A DNA stretch of 64,000 nucleotides from Desulfomonilia bacterium (GTDB lineage: Bacteria; Desulfobacterota; Desulfomonilia; UBA1062). A program made the position numbers and the translations under genes. Below the pieces are notes generated by a model that was not told the origin of the DNA, made no database searches, and saw only the letters and a program-made list of their open reading frames with translations. How positions within the stretch are numbered: position 1 is the stretch's first letter; every line of letters starts with the position of its first letter. The stretch lies in NCBI GenBank assembly GCA_963664325.2, contig CAXXDQ010000003.1:32001-96000 (forward strand), written 5' to 3'. This document shows, piece after piece, positions 60,421 to 64,000 of the stretch.

Positions 60421-61154
60421 ATGGGGCCGATCAGGAGCAGAAGTAACGAGCGCTTCAAGGCGCTCCTGGATTTAAAAAAAGACAGAAGCCTGCTTATGCT
60501 GGAGGGCAGGCGGCTTGCCGAAGACGCCCTGTCGCGCGGTTATGAACCGGTCCTTTCCGCTGTGACGCCTGCTTACATCGAATCGTACGGGACACCCCTG
60601 TTTGGCTTTATCCTGCTCTCGGAAGAGCTTTTATCTAAACTCGCTGACACCCAGACACCACAGGGCATAGTCATTTTTCTGAGACGCCCCTATAAAACTA
60701 TTGAAGAGTTGAAGAAACACGACAGGCTGGTCATCCTTGACGGGCTTCAGGACCCGGGAAATGTCGGCACAATTGTCAGGACCGCCGAGGCATTCGGTTT
60801 CAGCGGCATTATTGTGACTCCGGGCACGGCGTCGCCCTTTTCCGAAAGGCGGTCAGGGCGTCTATGGGTTCAGTGCTCGGTATTGATATTGCAGAGGCCG
60901 GTGCAGAGGGAATCGGTTCATTCGATCACAAAATAATAAGCCTTGTCCTTGACGGAGGCGAACTCGTAGGGCATGAGATGTTCGCGGGCCGCTTTGCCCT
61001 ATGCCTGGGGCAGGAAGGTTCGGGTATAAGTCCGGGTATCCTTAAGCTGCCAGGCAGAAAGGTGTCTATCCCCATGAAGGGCCGGACGGAATCACTTAAT
61101 GTCGCTGTCGCCGCAGGGATAGTCATGGCAATAGCGGCAGGGGCTGCGAAATGA
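60421..61154 (+). CDS. TrmH/SpoU family RNA methyltransferase; frameshift near 60845
   Basis: EGRRL, TPQG, LQDPGNVGTIVRTA | RASMG, GQEGSG, IPMKGRTESLNVAVAAG. Confidence 0.88.
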
Positions 61155-61181
61155 CTCCTGAGATTTTTCGGAAAAAAGGAG

Positions 61182-61976
61182 ATGAGCGTGGATTATTTCA
61201 ATAAAAAAGTTGTCCTGATAACAGGGGCTGCCAGGGGTATAGGTTTTGCGACGGCGGAACTTCTGGCCTGCCGCGGGGCCTCGGTAGTCATAACCGACAT
61301 ACTGGAGGAAAGACTTAAAGAATCCGTATCGCTTTTGAAATCAAAAGGTCTGGATGTAACAGGGTTTCCTTCCAATGTGACGGATTATGAAAGCTGCGCC
61401 CTTGCAGTAAAAAAGACCCTTGAGAGCTGCGGCAGGCTGGATATTCTCATAAACAACGCAGGCATAAGCATAGTAGCCAACTTTGAAGAGTGCATTTCGG
61501 GCACCTGCGCCAAGCTCATGGATGTGAATTTCATGGGTTCCGTGAACATGACCCTTGCCGCACTCGATGCGCTCAAGGCGTCAAAAGGGCATGTTATTTT
61601 CGTATCAAGCGGAACAGGCGTAAGGGCGATACCCACAGGCAGCATTTACGGCGCAAGCAAGGCCGCGCTCAGAAGCCTGGCCGAATCCCTCAGGCTTGAG
61701 TTCAAACCCTACGGGATCCATGTCGGGGTGATCACTCCGGGATTCACGACATCGGACCCCACGAAGACCGTCATGAAGGGCGACGGTACGCCGCGTCCCA
61801 TAGACCGGGCGCCTCATGACACCCCTGCCGGAGTTGCGGCCGGTATCGCCGCACTTATTGAAAAGAGACAGCGCGAACGCATTCTCACACCGGTTGGAAA
61901 GATAGGCAATATTCTTCAGAGGCTGAGTCCCTTTATCCTTGATTTCATACTGGCCCGAAAGGAATTCAGGAATTAG
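61182..61976 (+). CDS. Short-chain dehydrogenase/reductase
   Basis: TGAARGIG, NNAG, YGASK. Confidence 0.9.
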   Translation: MSVDYFNKKVVLITGAARGIGFATAELLACRGASVVITDILEERLKESVSLLKSKGLDVTGFPSNVTDYESCALAVKKTLESCGRLDILINNAGISIVANFEECISGTCAKLMDVNFMGSVNMTLAALDALKASKGHVIFVSSGTGVRAIPTGSIYGASKAALRSLAESLRLEFKPYGIHVGVITPGFTTSDPTKTVMKGDGTPRPIDRAPHDTPAGVAAGIAALIEKRQRERILTPVGKIGNILQRLSPFILDFILARKEFRN

Positions 61977-62550
61977 CCTGAGATTTTATCTGATTTGTTT
62001 TTTGCCATCTCTGCCGCGAAAGTCTGTACAGGCAGTGTTCGCGCAGCGGAGAGCCGGCAGGCATGCCCGGGTGCTCAAAGGTTTTTTTATCCTCGATCAT
62101 ACCAAGTTTTTTCATCACGGACCGGGACCTCAGGTTTCCGATTGACGCAAAAGAGACGATTTCAGTCAGGTTCAGTTTTTCAAAGCCCACGGAGAGCGCA
62201 TCCTTTGCGGCTTCAGTAGCATAGCCTTTGCCCCAGTGCTCAAAGGCCAGCCTCCAGCCCACCTCGACACAGGGAGAGAACGGCAGTTCAGGGATGGGTA
62301 TGTGCAGGCCTGTAAAGCCGATGAATTTTTCTCCGCCTTTGATCTCAACAGCCCAGAAACCCCACCCGCGTTCTGAAATCAGGGACTCGATCCTGTCCGC
62401 CATTGCGTCGCTTTCAGCACGGTCTAGCAATTTGAGGAAAAACTCCATTACCATCGGGTCGGCATTCAGCCTGGCAAATGCCTCCCTGTCTTCAGGCAGC
62501 CATTGCCTGAGCCTTAGCCTTTTGGTCTCGAATTCGATCAGGTCATTCAT
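61966..62550 (-). CDS. GNAT N-acetyltransferase (RimJ/RimL type)
   Basis: ETKRLRLRQW, EVGWRL..EHWGKGYATEAA, NLRSRSVMKKLGM. Confidence 0.92.
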   Translation of the reverse strand: MNDLIEFETKRLRLRQWLPEDREAFARLNADPMVMEFFLKLLDRAESDAMADRIESLISERGWGFWAVEIKGGEKFIGFTGLHIPIPELPFSPCVEVGWRLAFEHWGKGYATEAAKDALSVGFEKLNLTEIVSFASIGNLRSRSVMKKLGMIEDKKTFEHPGMPAGSPLREHCLYRLSRQRWQKTNQIKSQANS

Positions 62551-62645
62551 AAGTAAATTTTATACCATTATGGAAAAAGCCTGCCAACACGTCTATAATG
62601 TTTAATATCAGAAATGAATCGAAGCCGTTTACAGGGAGGTAATGA

Positions 62646-63305
62646 ATGATTCAACATTATCCAATCATACTTATTGCGGCAGCTGTTCTGCTGGCAGGCC
62701 TTCTGTTTTTTGAAAAGAAGGAATCGACAAAAGGGCTTTTAAGCGTCAAGCCTCTTCTGTCTGTGCTTTTTATTGTTGCAGCGCTGACGCAGGTGCACAT
62801 GAACATGACATATTTCTATCTCGTATCTGCAGGACTGGTCCTATGTCTGATCGGGGATGTCTGCCTGATATTCTTTTTCAATAAAAAGGTCTTTACAACG
62901 GGCCTCGGTGCGTTCCTGGCCGGGCATGTCATGTACACGATAGCATTTTTTACCTGCGGTACAACTGGCGCCGTCATGTGGGCAACAACGGTCGCCTGCC
63001 TGGTTCTCAGCACCGGCGTGTTCTTCTGGCTTAAACCCAGCCTGGGGACCATGCTGGGGCCGGTAATTGCCTATATCGTGATCATATCGGCAATGGCCAT
63101 CGGAGCTTCGGCATTAAAGAGCAACCCGGGTCTTGATATGACCGGCAAAGCCCTTGTTTATGCGGGCGCCCTCCTGTTCTATGTGTCCGACATATTCGTC
63201 GCCCGCCACAGGTTCGTTAAAAAGGAATTCATGAACAGGGTCATAGGCCTGCCCATGTATTATACGGCGCAATTCATGATAGCGTTTTCAACCGGACTCA
63301 TCTGA
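62646..63305 (+). CDS. YhhN family (lysoplasmalogenase-like) membrane protein
   Basis: KPL, GLVLCLIGDVCL, GLGAFLAGH, LFYVSD, YYTAQ. Confidence 0.88.
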   Translation: MIQHYPIILIAAAVLLAGLLFFEKKESTKGLLSVKPLLSVLFIVAALTQVHMNMTYFYLVSAGLVLCLIGDVCLIFFFNKKVFTTGLGAFLAGHVMYTIAFFTCGTTGAVMWATTVACLVLSTGVFFWLKPSLGTMLGPVIAYIVIISAMAIGASALKSNPGLDMTGKALVYAGALLFYVSDIFVARHRFVKKEFMNRVIGLPMYYTAQFMIAFSTGLI

Positions 63306-63312
63306 AGGGGAT

Positions 63313-64000
63313 ATGCTGCTCGAGATACCATACGATAAAAGCTCACTCGCCGTTGATGTGCCTGAAAGCGCAATTGTCTACAGGTCGAGCTATCCAGAAC
63401 CGGCCGCATCTGCTTCGGCAATAGTGTCCGGGGCGCTCAAGAACCCGACAGGATCACCTGCCCTGCAGGAGGCGCTTTCAGGAAGGCGTGAAGGCAAAGT
63501 GGTTGTCGTTGTTTCCGACATCACAAGGCCTGTCCCTTACAGGGATTTTCTCCCCGCTTTCATTGGAGAAATAGAATCGGCCGGCATAAGACCTGAAGAG
63601 ATACTGATACTCGTGGCCACAGGCATGCACAGGCCGGGCACCCCTGAAGAAAGACGGTACATGTTCGGCGGTATTGCTGAACGATATCAGATCGAAGACC
63701 ATGACGCCCAGGGGGCATTGAAGGAAATCGAAGGCCTGAGCTTTTCCGGCAGGCGAGTTTCTCTGAACAGGAGCTTTGTCGATGCCGGATTCAGGATAGT
63801 GACAGGCCTTGTTGAGCCTCATTTCATGGCCGGGTTTTCAGGAGGCAGGAAGGCCGTATGTCCGGGGCTGGTCTCGCTTGAGACGATTGAGGCCTTTCAC
63901 GGTTATGATTTCCTGTCCAGCCCCGGGGCCGCAAATGCCGTTATTGAAGGCAATCCATGCCATGAGGAAGCCCTCTCCGTTGCCAGACTTGCCGGCGTTG
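63313..64000 (+). CDS. larA: Nickel-dependent lactate racemase family protein, runs off the window end
   Basis: Hand translation MLLEIPYDK...NPTGSP...VVSDITRPVP...VATGMHR...DHD...EPHFMAGFSGGRKAVCPG. Confidence 0.88.
   Translation, partial: MLLEIPYDKSSLAVDVPESAIVYRSSYPEPAASASAIVSGALKNPTGSPALQEALSGRREGKVVVVVSDITRPVPYRDFLPAFIGEIESAGIRPEEILILVATGMHRPGTPEERRYMFGGIAERYQIEDHDAQGALKEIEGLSFSGRRVSLNRSFVDAGFRIVTGLVEPHFMAGFSGGRKAVCPGLVSLETIEAFHGYDFLSSPGAANAVIEGNPCHEEALSVARLAGV

Overview
Chromosomal window from a probably anaerobic deltaproteobacterium (Desulfobacterota/Syntrophales-like; inferred from the pgpA-cinA-thpR-recA-pilT-recX-alaS gene order and the acyl-CoA metabolism). It holds housekeeping genes (asnS, recA, alaS, hisB/hisA, rplM-rpsI, metH-like, GTP-PEPCK, DAHP synthase) and several catabolic clusters. 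I found no rRNA, tRNA or CRISPR array. The most unusual features: (1) after hisA, an HUH/Y1 (RAYT-like) transposase with a DnaA-C-like tail. It is bounded by 21-bp terminal inverted repeats and preceded by a remnant of a paralog's 3' end and an AT-rich cargo ORF, suggesting a cassette-accumulating element. (2) Two families of ~125-bp ERIC-like palindromic repeats, one of which carries a nested 73-bp four-hairpin module at different positions. (3) An AT-rich island encoding a ClpP/SDH-type protease coupled to a 70-aa orphan. (4) A lipoprotein homolog of linalool dehydratase/isomerase. Five genes have single-base homopolymer frameshifts, most likely sequencing errors. All product calls come from motif recognition by eye; no database searches were run.
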